A stretch of DNA of 64,000 bases from Octopus sinensis (taxonomy: Eukaryota), in contig NC_043004.1 of the NCBI RefSeq assembly GCF_006345805.1, forward strand, positions 106,144,001 through 106,208,000. Reading direction: 5' to 3'. The position numbers and the translations under genes are program-made. This document shows, one piece after another, positions 37,052 through 50,840 of this stretch. The notes below the pieces were generated by a model. That model was not told the origin of the DNA and made no database searches. It worked only from the letters and a program-made list of their open reading frames with translations. Positions within the stretch are counted from its first letter, which is position 1. Every line of letters starts with the position of its first letter.

Positions 37052-37445
37052 TTCATCATCATCACCATTTAACGTCTGTTTTTCCCATGATGGCATGGGT
37101 TAGATGGGTTGCCTAGAGATGGTAAGCTGTATGGGGCTCCAGTCTGTTTTGGCTTGGTTTCTACAGCTGGATACCTTTCCTAATGTCAACTATGATTACA
37201 GGTAAGTTCACCACAATCAACTCACTGCAGGGAAAGTTCACTGCCGTCAATTCACCTTGAGGAAAGTTTACCAAGAAAATATATCCATAGTATCTATCTC
37301 ACCATTAATAGTTAAAAACTTTTTTTATTGGAAAAAAAAAAAAAAGAAAAAAACCGTGAATTGATGATGCTGAACTTGCCCTGTGGTGAATTGATGACTG
37401 AACTTGCTAGACATGGTCAACTATTCTACAGAGCCTACTGAGTAT
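37052..37445 (-). mobile_element. Tail-B SINE module interrupted by a MITE
   Basis: Reverse-complement tail B, split at 37193/37416. Confidence 0.75.
37194..37415. mobile_element. Mutator-like MITE with repetitive inverted termini
   Basis: 9-bp duplication GTCAACTAT at 37185-37193 and 37416-37424; AAGTTCAC/CAATTCAC repeats on the left mirrored by GTGAATTG/TGAACTT on the right. Confidence 0.6.
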
Positions 37446-37850
37446 CTTTTACATCGGCATGTAAAAGACACCCAGTACATATTCTGAGTTGAAATCCTAC
37501 TGAAGTCAACTTGGCTTTTCACCTACTTGGAGTTGAAAAATAAAGTACCAGTCAAATACTGGTGTTAATGCAAAGCAGTTAACTTGTGCTAAACTCTATA
37601 TATTTAGGTTTATTCGAACCAAGTTTTCATTTGTTGTTAGCTTTGCTTGAATAATTCTCTAAAAATTTGGGTGTCTTAATGAAGTGTCAGAGTTAAGCCG
37701 GATGCTGTTTTGTTAATCTTTTGAATTAAACAAAAGAGGTATGTCCCTATTTTGAGTGATGCTACTGTGAAGGATTAGTGGCATGTCAATGGATTTTAAA
37801 TTATTGACATAATATAATAGAAAGAGATTAACTATACTAGGCCAATAGTC

Positions 37851-38170
37851 TTCATTTAATGTCTGTTTTTCATGCTGGCATGGGTTGGACAATTTGGCAG
37901 GAGCCAGCAAGCCAGAAGACTGCCGAGTTTATCTGCCTGCTTTAGCATAATTTCTTCTGCTGGAAGCCCTTCCTAATACCAACCACTTTACAGAGTGTAC
38001 TGGGTGCTTTTTATGTGGCACCGAATAATTTACAAGACAAGACCCTTTAGCTGAAACAAAGAATAGTGTTGAAGAAAGTGGCTTTGTGCCAGATGAGAGG
38101 TTAGGATATGAGTAAAGGGACAGAAATTGGCGTCTTGCAGTAAAGGAGATACATGGCTACCTCAGTAAGG
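37851..38170 (-). mobile_element. Tail-B SINE module with extended 5' part
   Basis: Reverse-complement tail B plus upstream segment shared with 26820-26880 and 51350-51470. Confidence 0.75.
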
Positions 38171-38566
38171 GGAAGAGAGAGAGAGAGAGAGAGAGAGAAG
38201 GGTGTGAGAAGATGGGTGAAGAAAGCCAAATTAATTCTTCTACATCTTGTAGTTTCTGCTTTTAACTTATGTATAAATGAAGTATTGAGGAATTGAAGCT
38301 TCCACGCACCAAACTGACTTTGCTTATCTCTCTCAAAATCACGAACTTTAAACATAATGAAATAAACTGAACAAGCAGCTGGGTTGAATATAGCCAAATT
38401 GTCACAGTATACCCAGGAATGATACACTGGTGTCTGGAGTACAACAATGAAAATAAAATAAATGTTTTTGAATTAAAAATCAACTCCTTCCAACGTTTCA
38501 TTATCATTTTATGTTGTGAGTAGGTTTCGAATAAGAATTCATCTTCAATATAAATTTTTTAATACA

Positions 38567-38960
38567 GTCGCAGGAGTGGCTGTGTGGTAAGTAGCTTGTT
38601 TACCAACCACATGGTTCCGGGTTCAGTTCCACTGCGTGGCACCTTGGGCAAGTGTCTTCTACTATAGCCTCTGGCCGACCAAAGCCTTGTGAGTGGATTT
38701 GGTAGATGGAAACTGAAAGAAGCCCGTCGTATATATATATATGTGTGTGTGTATGTCTGTGTTTGTCCCCCTAGCAGTGCTTGACAACCGATGCTGGTGT
38801 GTTTACGTCCCCGTCACTTAGCGGTTCGGCAAAAGAGACCGATAGAATAAGTACTGGGCTTACAAAGAATAAGTCCCGAGTTCGATTTGCACGACTAAAG
38901 GCAGTGCTCCAGCATGGCCGCAGTCAAATGACTGAAACAAGTAAAAAGAGTAAAGAGTAG
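38567..38960 (+). mobile_element. Young full-length SINE family 1 with tail A (probably one of the published octopus tRNA-derived SINE families; exact name not assigned)
   Basis: A box TGGCTGTGTGG, B box GGTTCAGTTCC, CORE-like CACCTTGGGCAAGT, internal TA/TG microsatellite, CpGs intact, A-rich tail. Confidence 0.92.
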
Positions 38961-40182
38961 GGATTATGAGCTAGGATGGTCATGGGTAAGTTGGTAACAT
39001 GGAACCAGAGACAGTATTCAATGGATTGGAATATAGATTAGGGGTGGCCGTGGGTGGGAGAATCCTATGAGTGATTGTAGACAAGCTGATAACTTTGGAT
39101 TCAGGCGTGATATTTGGTGGGTTGGTAACACGAGACTTTGTGGGGTAATCTTTGGGGGCTGGTATTGTAAAGGTTATAGAAACAGTTGCTTTAGCCTGAA
39201 ACGTTCTCTGGAACCTGAAGAGGAAACTCAACCTTTGTGATGAAATTTTGGTAATGTGAAAAATGCGAGGGAAATATTTTTTGAGCTAAACAGAGGAAGG
39301 AAAGTGTGTGAAGGAGGTTGGTAAAAGTGGAGTGGTTTATCTATTAATGCTTAGACTAAGAAAATAAAATGAAAGTGATAGTGGAAGGAGAGACTTCTAT
39401 TTTTATTCATATTTAGTGTAAGTAGGTGAAGATGAGAGAGGGAGAGGGAAAGGTCGGTGACTCAGCTTTTGTGTGTTTGACTGTGTCTGTCCTATGACTA
39501 CTTGAAACTATCCTGCCTCTTAAATAGAATATATCCTGTCATTATAGAGAATTCTTGAGGCAAATGTTAATATATTTATCAATAGAGGTCTCTTTCCTTT
39601 ATTGGCTAACATGCATATTAAGGGAAGGAAGGAAGGAAAGAGAGAGAGAGGATTGCATGACATCCGTGTTTCCCCTATTTCTAGTGCATAAAGTAAACTC
39701 ACATTGGAGGAATGAGAGATTGATTTCTTTTCACTTAAAAGTGACAATGACAATCATCTTTTCCTCAAGTACATTAGAAGTATAAGTGATATAAAAGGGT
39801 AACACCCTGGAATGGAAATTGGTTCAGAGACCCAATTCAGTAGAACATTAGCAGATATATTTTAGGACAAAATTACAGAAGGCAGTGATGAAAACGGAAA
39901 TGAGATGAAGAGTAGAGAAAAGAGAGTTTTTGCTTGATGAAAGAGAAAACACTTGGTCAAACCAGCTTTTGAAAAGAAGTCTTTTCTGATTAAGTGTAAG
40001 CAATTTGATGAGAGACGGTCCCAAAGATGAGAGACAGTCCCAAAGTAGCTGTTGTTTAGTTCTCTCAGTCAGCTTGTTTTTCTCTCTTTTTCTTTTCCAA
40101 TTACTTTATATTTTGTTTTCTTTTGTATTTTTTTCACTTCAAATTCTTGTCTTCCTCTTTCAGTTCCTCACTTGTCCACAGT

Positions 40183-40220
<38 letters not shown>

Positions 40221-40959
40221 CTCTCATTTTCACCTTGTTTAGCTATTACTTTTACTTCCATGTCATTCATTTAACCTTGAAATAGTAGTTAAACCTCCCT
40301 CAGACAATATTATCTTAATAAATGCAGGGACATATAACATAATCTAGTCCCTGAAACACTGGTGGATGTGGTTGTGTAGTCAAAAAAATTTGCTTCGCTA
40401 CTTTACTTCAGGTTTGATTCTAACTGTACAGCACCTTGGACAGGTGCCTTCTACCATGTTCCCAAGTAACTTTGTGAGTTTAATTTGTTAAACAGAAAGT
40501 GTATGGAAGTCTTTATCTGTCACCTGGTTTAACACCACCACTTGCCCCTTTGGTGTATGTCATGGATTTCCTTACAAGCACACAAGGTCCAGTAGTTGAT
40601 TCCACAACAGGCCCTTGGGTGAATTGCAGTCATTGGATCCATGTCCTAAAACATTGCAATCTTTGGATCCAGGTCTTTGTTTCAAGTATACCCCCCCAAC
40701 TTTTCTCCTATCAGTCTCAGACGCTTTGAAAATGGTCATTGACACTACTTTTCTAGCTCTAAGTCAAACAAAAGAAAAAAAGATTAAAAAAATTTCAAAG
40801 ATGGAGCAAGCCAATTGAAAGCTTAGAAGTAACTTCTAGGATTTATGTTTTGAAAATAATGACAATAATATCGACAACAATTAATGTTTCAAACTTTGGC
40901 GCAAGGCCACAATAATAATAAAAATAATAATAATGATGATGATGCTGATAATAATAATA

Positions 40960-41177
40960 ATAATAATCCTTCCTACTATAGGCATAAGGCCTGAAATTTG
41001 GGGGAGCAAGATAGTCAATTACATTGACCCCAATACTCGACCAGTACTTATTTTACTGACCCTGAAAGGATGAAAGGCGAAGTGGACCTGGCCGGAATTT
41101 GGACTCAGCTTTAGGATGGACGAAATGCTGCTAAGCATTTTGCCCAGCATGATAACGAATCTGCCAGCTCACTGCCA
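40960..41177 (-). mobile_element. SINE family 2 with (AAT)n tail
   Basis: Colinear with 4880-5097; another copy at 41561-41764 (-). Confidence 0.85.
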
Positions 41178-44100
41178 TAACACAATAACAATAATAACTT
41201 AATCTGTCCATCCTAATCATGATTAGGTTTATTCCTTGGATTCAGAAAAATGTGTGGGAGTGTGGTCTATGTATGTGCACTTGGAGAAGCATGCAGAAGC
41301 AATGTAGACCAGTCTCGCATTCCATCAATGCAGGAACAGTAAAACACCTAAGGACATGCTCATTCAAGTGCACTCATAGATACTTAAGTACACATTTTTT
41401 TTTGCGTCCAAGTACTCACACACCCATACTTATACAGTCAGTCACTCGCACTCACAGTCGCGATGAGAGTATTTGAAAGTTTTGATTTGTGTGAGTGCTT
41501 GCACCTGCAAGCATGGCACAGAAGAAAAGCAAGTTCAGCGATATGGTCGTGTATGTTAAAATTGGTTTCAAATTTTGGCAAAAGGCCAGTAGTTTTGAGG
41601 CAGGGAGTAAGTCAATTACAGTGACCCTAGTGCTCAACTGGTACTTACTTAATTGACTCCAAAAGGATGAAAGGCAAAGCCAACCTTGGCTGAATTTCAA
41701 CTCGGAATGTAAATGAAACCCCATTAAGCAGTTTGCACTGGGTGCTGACAATTCTGCTGCCTTAAGTTAATATTGATTTGTTCCGTAGCCTTTGAGTTTG
41801 AAATTTGTTAGAACGGATTGGTAAGATTGTGTAACATTTATCCCCCTCTCAAATGAAATGGATACCAAGAAGACAGAAATGGTTTACTGGCCACAAGTCA
41901 TAGAAATGAAGTTCCTTCTTGCCTCTTCTTGTTGCCTCTGCTGCCCTTCACCTCCCAAAATCCTGTTGTAAACACGTTGACCAATTCTAATTTTTTCTTT
42001 CAAAATAAACCCTTCCTCACCAAATTTTTAAACTGACCATTGTCATTCTTGGTAGGTGTATAACAACAGCTACCAAGAATGATAGCTACCCTGCCAGTTG
42101 TATTGGTCTAGGCAAGTTTGCAATGGCTATCTGTATGGGTGTAATCTTGCACTCATGTGTGTGAGTGTTTTTGCCTCTAGTGCCAAAAAACACTGTCCCT
42201 AAAACAGGCTAGGGGCCCTGTCAGCCATGCCCCATCATCAGCATCCAAACAGCTGCACTCTATTGTTTCCTTCTAACACAAAGGTTCTTGTGTACTTAGA
42301 ATTCACCCCATGTACTAGGACGGGTCTTCACCTCTGATATAAATGGTCCCTTGGCTTGTTGTTGCTAATGAGAATTAAATCTAATAATGTCATATGATAA
42401 GACTAATAGACTGGATTATAACAATTTAACCTTGTGCTCCTTAAAACAAATCAAAAACAGTAACATCCTTCCTTGGTTGTGTCAAGGAAGTATAGGATTT
42501 CCATTTAGAGATTTTTCTCAACCTGCTACATCAACAAAACAGTTTCAAATGATTGAGTTTCTGGTTTAATTTTAGTTTCGTTAGAGACTCTTAATTAATA
42601 TGACATCTGCTACCTTTCCCTTCCTTCAGACTCTCAGAACCCCCTCCTTCTACAAACTTAAACATCACTGCTAATTATATTAGAATTCTGGGAATGTCAT
42701 TCAACCATATGGTACTGAAACTCTGCCTCTCCTTTTCTCATCTCTTCACCCAGGAATCTATCTTTCTGTTAATGTGTGATGTGTGTCTGTTCATGCAAGA
42801 GCGTGTAAATAGCGTGGGTGGTGTGTGTATGTGTGTTAGTGTAAAATGTTGTGTAAATGTGTATGTTTATAAATGGAAAATAGTATATTCATATCTGTAA
42901 CTGTATGTGTATATGACATGATATGTTTTGCATATGTCCATGCATTCTGTAGTGTGTGTGTGTGTGTATGCTGTTGAATATGTGTACTGTACTGTAGCTG
43001 TTTGTGTGTGTGTGTGTGTGTGTACTAGTTTTGTTTCATTAGTTTTACATTGCTACATCCAACCAAGTACTTCTGTATCCTCAGAAATAAACCAGTTAAA
43101 AATACTTGCAGCATTCCAATCTCGGCTATTTTTATACCTCTTTTAATGAACCAAACTGCCACTCCCCACTCATCTCCTCTATTTCTCCTCTCCCAATACT
43201 GTGCTCCCTCCGGAATTCGGATCTTAATTCATACCAGAAGTTTTCACATAGCTATTTAACTCTCTCTCTCTCTCTCTCTCTCTTCTTTTATTGTTTTAAC
43301 TTCTTAAAACAGTAATCACTACCTGTAAAATATTTAGTGTTAAACTTTGGATTAATCAGTAATGTAAAGTGCTTTGAAAAGGGCTTGTTTTGTAGTAAAT
43401 TGTAAGATAGCCCTGCCCCTTTATAATCTCCTACAATTTGTTCTTGGGGAGTGTCAAAAAAATATTTGGAAGCTTTTCTTTGATAGAAATCTTATACTTG
43501 TAGTTGGAGGTGTTACTAATTGAATTTCTGAAGTGGTGTGGAAAATGGGGGGTAAACTTTGTCTTAAGGGTATGTTGGTGTACTGCTGAAAAATAATTTG
43601 AATGAAAACTAAACTGCCTTGGAAGAAGAAAACAGAAATAAAGACAGCAAAAACAAAGACAACAAAAATGATGCTAGAACCATCTGCCAGAAAAAAACAA
43701 CAACAACAGGACAATGTCCTGGTAGCTTATAATTACTGGAGTAAATATTGTTATTGTTGCTATTGATGCTGGTGATGTTAATTGAGTGTACAACTAGATC
43801 CTTGGTGATGAATGAACGTAGTTAAACCAGTTCCTTCTGTCCCTTTTCTGTTTAATAATTCCCTTTGTGGCCATTTTCTTGAAGGTGTTTCTTTACAATT
43901 TTTTGACAAGTATTTTTTAGAGGGGCTAAATTGAGCTACTCCTTTGAGTTTTTGATTTTCTCTTGGTTTATTAAGAGAAGAGAAATGAGATTGTGTGAAT
44001 AAGAATGTCTTGAAACAGGCTAAACCCCAGCAATTAAAACCTAGTCTCAAATTTGACTTGCCAAGAGCTCATCTTTACTGCATGTCTTTCCACTAGCTTC

Positions 44101-44719
44101 TATTGTGTGGCCCATACAAAAACTTCTTCACTGTCTATGCTTACTAATTACTTAAGCCCTTTGTTCCCTATGGAACATAAGCTATCAATTACCTGACTCC
44201 ACTGTTCTCAGCTCTGAGCTGTGAGGCTTTCTTCTCCGTGTTGTGGGATTTGAACTATCATTGATACTTCTGTTAACTTTTTTTGCAAGTAGAAGTGTTG
44301 GCAAACCTATTTTTACCTTTGAAAAGAGGTGGTCCATATTAGTCTGGCCTCTACTGTTTGACCGGTCCTCTACCAGGAGCTTGTCCTCCACTGACATACT
44401 TCTGAAGGTTATTGACACACACAAGTCACCACCCCACAATGAGGACTGTCCCATGCTATGTAATTTTTTAATTAGTGTCAGTTTAACATGATTTTTTTCA
44501 TGCTAATTACAAGTTTAATGGATTTGTAACATATTTCCACAAGTTTTCCTATTGTTATATTATCTCACTTATGAAGTCTGGCATTCTGCTACCAAAGTCT
44601 TTCTTCGGATCATGGGTCCTCTATTCACACTATCCATATCAGTATCCCAATTACTTGCTTTTCTCATAAGTTTTCAATGTCACATGCAACAAAGCCACAT
44701 TGAGCACATTCCTTGATCT

Positions 44720-44990
44720 TGGGATTGCGCCCAGAAAGTTTCCCTCTGAGGCACAAGTCTGGGCAAGGTTGTTCTATGGAAGACCAGCAGTCACCCATGC
44801 ATACCGGCCTCTTCTCTCCACACCATCAATGTTATCTAGAGAAAAGGAAAAGACCAATACAGCTTGGCACCAGTGACATTACAACTCATTTCTACAGATG
44901 AGTGAACTGGAGCAATGTGAAATAAAGTGTCTTGCTCAAGAACACAGCACGCAGCCCGATTCTGGAATCTAACTACTGAGCCGTGCACTT
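44720..44990 (-). mobile_element. SINE family 3 variant
   Basis: Reverse complement of 53205-53388 (CTTGAGCAAGACACTTTATTTCACATTGCTCCAG) plus longer tail. Confidence 0.75.
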
Positions 44991-46286
44991 TTGCATAAAT
45001 TCATCACCCATATTTCATTGCTACACAACTCCAAGAAGAAACCCTTTGTTGTTGTTGTTTGTGTTATTGTTGTTATAGTGGTTAATTAAAGAAGTCTATT
45101 TTGTTTTCTATATCAGTGTTGATGACATCAGTTAATTTTATTGAGGAAAGGTAAATCATTGATTAAACTTCTCTACTGAAGTTATTAGAGTGCTTAGACC
45201 AAGCTACACTGGTTTGCATACAAAAAGCATGGGACAATGATCTCTAGTTGTCATTTCATATGTCTATGATTAAGGACATAGGAACCCAGGCTCTTTGACA
45301 ATATGTTAGCAAGGAAGAAATTAACCTTTGCATACTGGATTTATAATGATATTTATATGAAGATTATTAGGTTTGGATAGGGTGAGGAAAAAGGGAAGGT
45401 TCTATGAAACCTCGATCTCTACATTAAAGAGAAGGGTTGGGAAAGAGGAGAGATAATTACGTTAGCAGAATTTTAAATAGGAAAAGATAAATATTTTCAT
45501 AAACGTTGATGATTATGGGTAAGCAGGTGTAAGACTAAGAAAAAACACTTAGTGTGTTTGGTAGGGTTCATACAGAATATGACTGTATGCTGAAGAATAT
45601 TGTTGAAAGGGCACTTGGCAGACACATTCAACCTACTTGTAATGAATATAGCTTCTAAGTTACTGGGCCATAAACAAACCAACACAAGCTGTCAAGTAGT
45701 GATGGTGGTAGTGGTGACACACACACACACACACACACACACTCTTATACAAGTATACATACATGCACAGAAGCAGATATACTTACATACACAAATATAC
45801 ATATCATTGCTATTATGCAAAAGTGTCGTAAGTCCAAAACGTTGCTTTTTTAAGAAAACTAAAAAATAGTTTCACCATTCCATAGCAAAATAGTTTGACC
45901 AAAAGAACTGGCTATTGCAAGCAAAAATAAATATTGAAAAATAGTCATTTGGCCATATTTGGACATACAGCAGTTTAACATAATAGCAATGATACACACA
46001 ATTCAGCTGGAAAAAAATTAAAGAAATAAAAATATTTTTATCGACATTGCCAAATACTCTGAAAGATCACCATATATGATGGGCTTCCGCATAGTTTCCA
46101 TCTACCAAATTCGCTCATAAGGCATTGGTTGACCTGGAGTTATAGTAGAAATTTACCCAAGGTGCTGCGCAGTGGAACTGAACACAAAACCATGTGGTTA
46201 CAAAGCTGACTTCTTTACCATACAGCCATGCTTCCTTCTTATACACATGAATGCACGTGCGCACACATGCACGCAAGTACTTTCAA

Positions 46287-46490
46287 CCCTTTATAGTATT
46301 TAAATTGGCCAGATCAGGCCTGAATATTTTTTATCTGTTTTGTGTATAAACTGGCTAGATCAGACCTCTCACACCCATCCTACAGTTTCATCATCGAAAT
46401 CTCAAAGCTACAAGAGAATGCATGATTAATTCAAAAGAATTTGAATAAATAAACTCTACATTTAAAAGAATAATCTCAACACTAAAGGGG
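46287..46490 (-). mobile_element. piggyBac MITE (family P2)
   Basis: TCAA + CCCTTT ... CTAAAGGGG + TTAA; internal match to 14537-14754. Confidence 0.8.
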
Positions 46491-48059
46491 TTAAATTCTT
46501 ACTATATAAAGGAAAATGGCTATAGATACATGTTATATGGAACCAGTTTGACTTTGGAATTGAGTTGATGGAATCACCTAATCTCTTTTAAGGTATGCAT
46601 TGCATAAGTGGTTTTCATATATTCATGTTTGCATATTAGGTTCTATGATTGTAATGTACCACTCCTCTTCCAGAAGCCTCTGTTATCAAATATACTTCAG
46701 CAGCTTCAGTGTACATCTGACAAGTGGAATGAACTTATGAAATTCTTCAACAGATATTCTCTGCTATAGAATTATATACGAAGAGGCATGATGCAGTTGT
46801 CTCTCTTTGCCCAGTTCTGATTTCACTGGTTTCTCTGCACTGATGCTAACAGGCCTCTTCTCCTCTTTCATCTTTTCATGCATCCAGTCTCTGTCGCTTG
46901 AGCTTATATATATATATATATATATATACATACACACACACACACACCACACACACACACCACACACACACACACCACACACACACACACACACACTCTC
47001 TCTCTCTCCTTCTCTCCTTCATACACACGTATGATGAAGCTTACATGCACACACATATGCATCTGTATACAACAGAAGAATATACAAAAACAGGAATATT
47101 TGTATATACTGGAGATAGGATAGATATTACTGAACTATATACATATATACTTAAGGCAGTGCTCCAACATGGCTGCAGTCTAACAACTGAAACCATTAAA
47201 CAAATAAAAGAACGTGTGTGTATGTGTGTGCATGCACACACACACTGTCTTTAATTCTGTTCTGTTCTTTTTGTATGTGTGCACTTGTATGAACCTTGTA
47301 TTATATGCATGTTTTCATGCTCATGTGCATCTGTATATAATGCAAGAATATGCAAAAACAAGAGTATTTGTTTCTACTCAATGAGATTCATATAATTGAG
47401 ATAAAGTATATATATATATATATATATAAAATGGCTTTTTATATACACACACACACACATACACACAGTAGGTTGGTGCAGTCTTCTGCCTGACCAACTC
47501 CTGTCAAACTGTCTAACCCATGCCGGCATGGAAAGCAGGCACACAAACATACCCACACATATACATGCACATACATTCACACACACACACACACAGTTTT
47601 CAATGACTTCTTTTACTGTTCATCATAGTATTTCTACACTCTGTACTAGGTAATTGCTCCCAGCCTTACCGCTAGCAATTTTCTTTACGTTGTTTCACCT
47701 GTCACTCAATGCCATCATTAGCTTATTCATTGCATTGGTTCTCACAGAACTGGTATTTATTAGTCATCAAACAAACTTAACCGAATCTACTAAATAAACA
47801 AGAGCTTCTTACATCTTTCCCCTTACTTTGAGTACCAATATCTTAATTAACTGTTTTCCAAATTAAGACTGGTTATTTAACAAATAATTGTCTTCTAATT
47901 CATCTATTGTTTGTTCATTGAGCATTACAACTAAAATGTTTTTTAGTCTGTGAAAAAAACTTCTGCATAGTAAATAGATTTGCTTGGTGGAGTAGTCACA
48001 ATTTCCTCAACAGACTCCCTCTTATCTTTAAGACAGTGTCCTCATGTTGTAAGTCCTCA

Positions 48060-48782
48060 AATCTTGTCTTTTATCTTTTATTTGTATTAGTCATTGGATT
48101 GCAGTCATGCTGGAGCACCACCTCAGAGAGTTTAGTGGAGCAAATCTACCCCAGCACTTATTTTTTTAATGCTTTAGCATTTAGATTATTCTGTCAAATG
48201 TAATGTTTATTTATTTACACTGCTTGGAATTATAATAATGAAATTATTGTACACAGTGCTCAGGTGCACCACAACTTGTCAAAAGTGTGTATAAAGCATA
48301 TGCAGTAATGTACAAATGTCTGGAAAGTGAACAGTATATGAGTCAGATACATGCTTGTGTGTGTATGGAGGGGAGAAAATCAGGTGTAGTGTTGGCGAAT
48401 CTCAGGAAGCATGGAAGTTTTGAAGGATGCAGTGCTCCGACAACTAATTATGCTTTATCTTTTATCTTTGGGATTTCAATGATATGACTTTATTTTTAGA
48501 ATATTTCTCATTCTGTCAGTCTCTTTTGTGGAATTGCTAAGTTATGGAGTTACGGATCAACACCAGTTGTCAAGCATTGGTTAGTGGGGGACAAACACAA
48601 AGACACTCACACATACATGTATATATGTATATATGGCAAGCTTCCACACAATATCCATCTACCAAATTCACTTGCATGGCATTGGTTGGCCTGGAGCTAG
48701 ATTAAAAAATACCAAGATGTTGTACAGTGGGGTTGAACCTGAAATCTTGTGGCTGTAATGTGAGCTCCTTAACCACATGGCA
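48060..48782 (-). mobile_element. SINE family 1 (tail A) containing nested MITE P2 fragment (~48170-48500)
   Basis: SINE tail at 48060-48165 resumes at ~48505 after a TTAA-flanked P2 5' half. Confidence 0.7.
48232..48446 (-). mobile_element. CR1/L2-type LINE 3' end
   Basis: Minus strand SCRSTASFKTSMLPEIRQHYT* then 3' UTR ending (ATT)n; homologous to 58245-58497. Confidence 0.75.
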
Positions 48783-50111
48783 ACATTCCCTACAGAAACA
48801 CAAGTTGGCTATAGCTTTAACACCAATTACATGCTAACAATTTGTTTAAAAACCAACTCCTTAAAAATGCTTGTGAATATTGTACATATATCCAAGCTAA
48901 AGTTGTGGTTTACTCTTTAGCATTGGTACCACACTGTCTTGGGTCAGTCCTACTTTTGTTGACCTTAGATATTAAACAATATACTATTTACAGTCTGTTC
49001 AGGAATTGTATGATGCTTTTTACTTATTTTCCCTTAATTGTATTTCGTTCATAGAAATAAGTCTTTCTAATTTTGGTACAAGGCCAGCAATTTTGAAAGA
49101 AGTCAAATTGATTTCATTAATCCCAATATTTCACTGGTGGTTTATTTTGTCAAACTTGAATGTAAAATCTACATTGGCAGAATTTGAACTCAGAATGTAA
49201 TGAGTTGGAGGAAATACCACTAGACATTTTGTCTGATGCCAGCTTCTTACCTTCAGTCATTGAAATAATAATTTTTTTTTTATATCCAAGTCAGATACAG
49301 AAGGGTAGGGTCCATATCCATTACAGAGTCTCCCAGATTAGAGAGACTGATGTAGCCAATACCCAGCTGAATCTGGTCATCTTTAGAAAAAATTGGGTGA
49401 AAAAAGGGACTAGATGTCTGGTTCAAGTGCTTGCAATAGAGTAAACTTTCTTAAAGGCCCCAGTGGTTTACATTTGATAAATACACACACAGCACAGTAC
49501 TAAGTCAGAAATTGAAGTTTATTAAGATGAGAAATTGTTTCAACTAATTATGTGTGAACATGAGTCCTTTTAGAGAAGCAACTTGCACTTGTTCAAAACA
49601 ACAATATTATATTTGTATGGAGAAGAAATCCAAAACTACTTCTTCCTGCTTGATTAACTAGTATTACCGACGTAAAACTTCTACTTCAACAATTTCTATA
49701 AAATTTCTAAATTGATATTCAGAAGTTATACAGAAAAAATAAAAATATTAAAAATACAATTAAAAGCTCATCAGACTGTTTGTCAGAAATTCTTTAAAAA
49801 ATGTTATATTTGTTTTTGTTTACATTTTTCTCTCTGTGGAAGTTAAATTTAGTTGCACTACTATATTTACATTTTAGTATTCAAACTTTAGACTTTCCCG
49901 TCTGATGGGTAAATGATAATGTTTGTTTGTTGTTTGTGGTTGGTGTATGTAGCAGTATTGTTATCTAAGAATATGAGAAAACTGAGATGGGTTGGAGCCA
50001 GAAAAAAAAATTGGTGGTTTGTTGTTTTAAAGTTCTGTAGTGTATTGGTGCTTGTTGCTTGAAATTTAATATGACCATCCATCACACAGATTATTGTGCA
50101 TGATTTCTATT

Positions 50112-50151
<40 letters not shown>

Positions 50152-50421
50152 TGTACAGACTGTAAACTACATGGTATTTGTCAGCAGAGAGGTAGAACAG
50201 ACTCAGGATTGTGCGAGAGGTCTTGTGATGTGGCAGGTGTAATGATAGTGTAGTGACTGGATCTAGATGGTGTGGAATACATTTCAAGAACTTTCACTTC
50301 AGTTGGATACAAATAGATTGTAGGCATTGCTGTGTGCTTAGGGAGTTTGGTTTGTAATGATAGGGTTCTGATTTTGATTTTGATCTGACTATGTAGGGTG
50401 ACAAATATCTTCTATCATAGC

Positions 50422-50840
50422 TGTAGTGATGACATCTTAGAAATCTCACAGGGTTGGAATCTTCCGGAAAGCCTGGCAGAAGTTCCCTCATGCGCATGCG
50501 CAGAAAACTAGCGGCAGCGAAATTCTCTTGTATCTCTCTCTTGGACCCTAGCAGCTGAACAATACAGACGTGTCTCCAGCAGCTCTCTCGCGCTGCTACC
50601 TTGTGGCGCATTTCCGCTATGCTTGAACGGACTGGATTGACTCACTCCACTTGACTACTGCCGATAAGCTCCTAGGTTGCCGATTCGCCCAGAGGAAGGA
50701 AATGTTTATATTGCGAATCAAAGAATAAATATTTATACTGTTGAAGTTAATGGAAAATCTTGACTCTTTCTTCAATTAATATTTAGTGTAAAGGATGCGA
50801 GCAGCACCCATCCAGTGCGGGAATCTCTCATCCTGTTACA
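50422..50840 (+). mobile_element. Solo LTR (Gypsy-like by 4-bp TSD), 419 bp
   Basis: TGTA...TACA termini, TSD TAGC at 50418-50421 and 50841-50844, AATAAA at 50724-50729, CpG-rich. Confidence 0.85.
50491..50502. promoter_or_regulatory. Perfect NRF1/Ewg-type palindrome TGCGCATGCGCA in the solo LTR, with ETS-like TTCCGGAA at 50462-50469
   Basis: Exact match to the known NRF1 consensus; function not shown. Confidence 0.45.
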
